Of a DNA stretch of 64,000 nt, positions 60,884-64,000 are shown in pieces. The notes beneath the pieces are model-generated. The model was not told the origin of the DNA, made no database searches, and was given only the letters and a program-made list of their open reading frames with translations. Source of the stretch: Eledone cirrhosa (lineage: Eukaryota). Location: NCBI GenBank assembly GCA_964016885.1, contig OZ024755.1:15314001-15378000 (forward strand). Direction: 5' to 3'. Every line of letters starts with the position of its first letter. The stretch's first letter is position 1. Made by a program: the position numbers and the translations under genes.

Positions 60884-61086
60884 TCTGGTTATTTGAAATT
60901 AATTAAGTTAATGAAAAGACGAAAGTATATAATAATAATTTGTAGTTAAAGGAAAATGTACTCACAAGTTCGAAAACACGTGGTTTCAAATATATAATAA
61001 TATAGATGTATGAAAAATGTATTAACCGGTCAATTTTCAAATATATAATAATATAGATGTATGAAAATGTATTAACCGGTCAATTT
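60483..61086 (-). repeat. Tandem duplications in the LINE 5' UTR (2 x ~245 bp; 2 x ~51 bp)
   Basis: 60483-60727 matches 60728-60972. 60985-61035 matches 61035-61086. Confidence 0.9.
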
Positions 61087-61199
61087 TTGTTTGTTTGGTT
61101 TTGTCTTGTGGTTTTGTTTTGTGGCTGTGTGACTTGCTGCTTACTCGGGGAGAGAAGTAAAAACACGTCCTTATACTTCAACTGCTCAACTGCTATATC

Positions 61200-61997
<798 letters not shown>

Positions 61998-62230
61998 ATT
62001 GTTGTAGTCGAATTAATAAAATCAAGCCCTGCCAAAGTCAGCAGTGGCGTCCCACAAGGCACTGTGTTGGGCCCACTTCTTTTCATCATCTACATTAATT
62101 ACATTACTGACATAATCAAACACAGTAACATCAGAATCTTCGCAGATGATTCCAAGCTCTAAAGGGTCATAAATGTGGTGGGTGACCGGACTTGCCTTCA
62201 GTCAGACCTACTGACTGTTATCCAAGGGGC
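61998..62230 (+). pseudogene. Older CR1 RT fragment (related subfamily)
   Basis: [36 protein letters not shown] with a premature stop. Confidence 0.9.
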
Positions 62231-63505
62231 AGAGATTTTGTTTTTCATACCGCAGGGTGTCCAAAATCACCCTCCTTACCAAGCAAACTTGGAGCTTACA
62301 TAAACATATATACACACACACATACACACATTTGTCAGCCATTTTTGCAAGTATACGCTCTCCATGTGCACATAGATTATTTTTAATCCAGCCACAAATA
62401 TCAAGACTATGACAAAAATCCCAAGGATTGAACTCCAACATAGTATATAGATAACTGGACAACCGTGTTTACTCCCATCTTTACATCATATTCCGATTTT
62501 GACTCAAGAATTTCAAACGCTACTGATGTAGAATAAGTTTGTAATAATGGCCTTGTCTTAGCAGATTGATAGAGAAGGGGTTTGCAGTTTCCAGCATTAA
62601 CCTGCATACTACTGTCTTCGTGGCTCATGTGTATATGATATCCCAATCATTTTGTGTAAGGCATCAGACGGACTTTTGACTGTTGGCGCTATTTTTGTGC
62701 CACCAGCAGAGCTAGTGTGATTCCTTGCCTACCGACCGAGGTCATGTATAAAAGAGTCACCCCAATCATCAGTGACGCCAAGAGATTTAACAGGGAGCTG
62801 CACTTGTTATGAATATTTCATTTGAGGAAGCTTCATTGGCTGCGATGATGGTGTACCGATGTCTATGAGATCAGCCACCCACACATCCATCCCAATGGTG
62901 TTGTAGAGGCTTTGCCGCGACATACATATTTTTGTAAACATATTGAACTTGGCAAACCCATTCCTCCTCAAGTCTGACCGCAGTTGATTTCTTCCATTGA
63001 ATGAGAGAGAGGAAGTAGAAGAGAAAATGCGAAAAGAGAAATAGAGATAGAATCGACCCCAGTGCTCAACTTGAACTTTATCATCGGTCTCAAACTGATG
63101 AAAGGCAAGGTTGACTTCAACATGATTTGAACTCAAGGTCACTAAGAGCCAGAACCAACTGCGGGAAATAGTCAATCTAATGTTTTAATGATTCTGCCCA
63201 TCTGCATACTTATAGCTAAATATTTTAGCTAAATAGAAGCAACATAGTTAAAGCTACATATTATGTTTATCTGTATTGCGTTCCATCAAAAGAGGAAAGC
63301 AATGATGTATGTAAGATAAAAGTAAATTCTAATGTTAATGAATAGTGATTGTTTATTAGATTATTCAGTACAAATTCTATACCTTCATCAAAATCGTCAA
63401 CCATACACCCACATACACAAACATATACGCCCCCATAAATACATATACATCCATGCATATGTATATACACACAGAGAGACACACCACTCCATACGCCCTA
63501 CAAAT

Positions 63506-63557
<52 letters not shown>

Positions 63558-64000
63558 AACATTTTGTGTTTTATATATATATATATATATGTATTAAATT
63601 TTGTGTTATATATATATATGGCAGAGGCGGTGTAATGTGAGTGTTTATTTTTGTTGTGAAAGTAATAATAATGTTGGAACATTGATGTTTTTTCTGTAAT
63701 TCGATTAAAGTTTTGTTTTCGTTTGGATATTTGATTATATCCTTCAATTTCATTATGTTCTTAATCAGGTTTACACACACACAGTGAAGTCTTATTAGCA
63801 TCCTTATCTCATAACTGTAGATGAAGTATCTAGCCAAACCAATTTAATTTATCTCTTATATCGTGTAGTATGTGAAATACTCTATTTAGATTAGACGGCA
63901 ACAGCATCATATACTAATGTATGGTACACGTTATATTTACTTGGAAATGGCAAACAGGGTGATGACCAGCGTCCATGTATCTCTATGACCTTTTGACAGT

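Larger units (their letters stand above)
56232..61199 (-). mobile_element. Full-length, apparently intact CR1-clade LINE (~5 kb)
   Basis: 5' UTR, two overlapping open ORFs and a short 3' UTR ending TTCAAAGTTA. (ATATATATAC)n on both sides. Confidence 0.95.

Overview
This window is very AT-rich eukaryotic (animal) DNA. The SINE type and huge (TA)n arrays suggest a cephalopod such as Octopus (inference). Roughly a third of the window is compound TA/TACA microsatellite, and most long 'ORFs' in the track are translation artefacts of it. Real content is mostly retroelements inserted into these microsatellites: a young Penelope-like element (PLE; RT plus C-terminal GIY-YIG) with a 1.2-kb inverted terminal duplication; older PLE copies; an apparently intact full-length CR1-clade LINE whose ORF1 has Myb/SANT-like, polyQ and two CCCH elements; several RTE-clade fragments (two with 5' inversions, one with a PHD-like finger); a deleted mariner; and many tRNA-derived SINEs. 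There is one good candidate host exon at 21482-21588. The most striking hidden structure is a set of about eight hammerhead-ribozyme motifs from several sequence families. They show compensatory stem changes and mostly sit in short palindromic 'arm + arm + tail' insertions in TA repeats. In the young PLE family the conserved terminal segment appears to encode the start of the element's own ORF. All ribozyme folds were read by eye, not computed.
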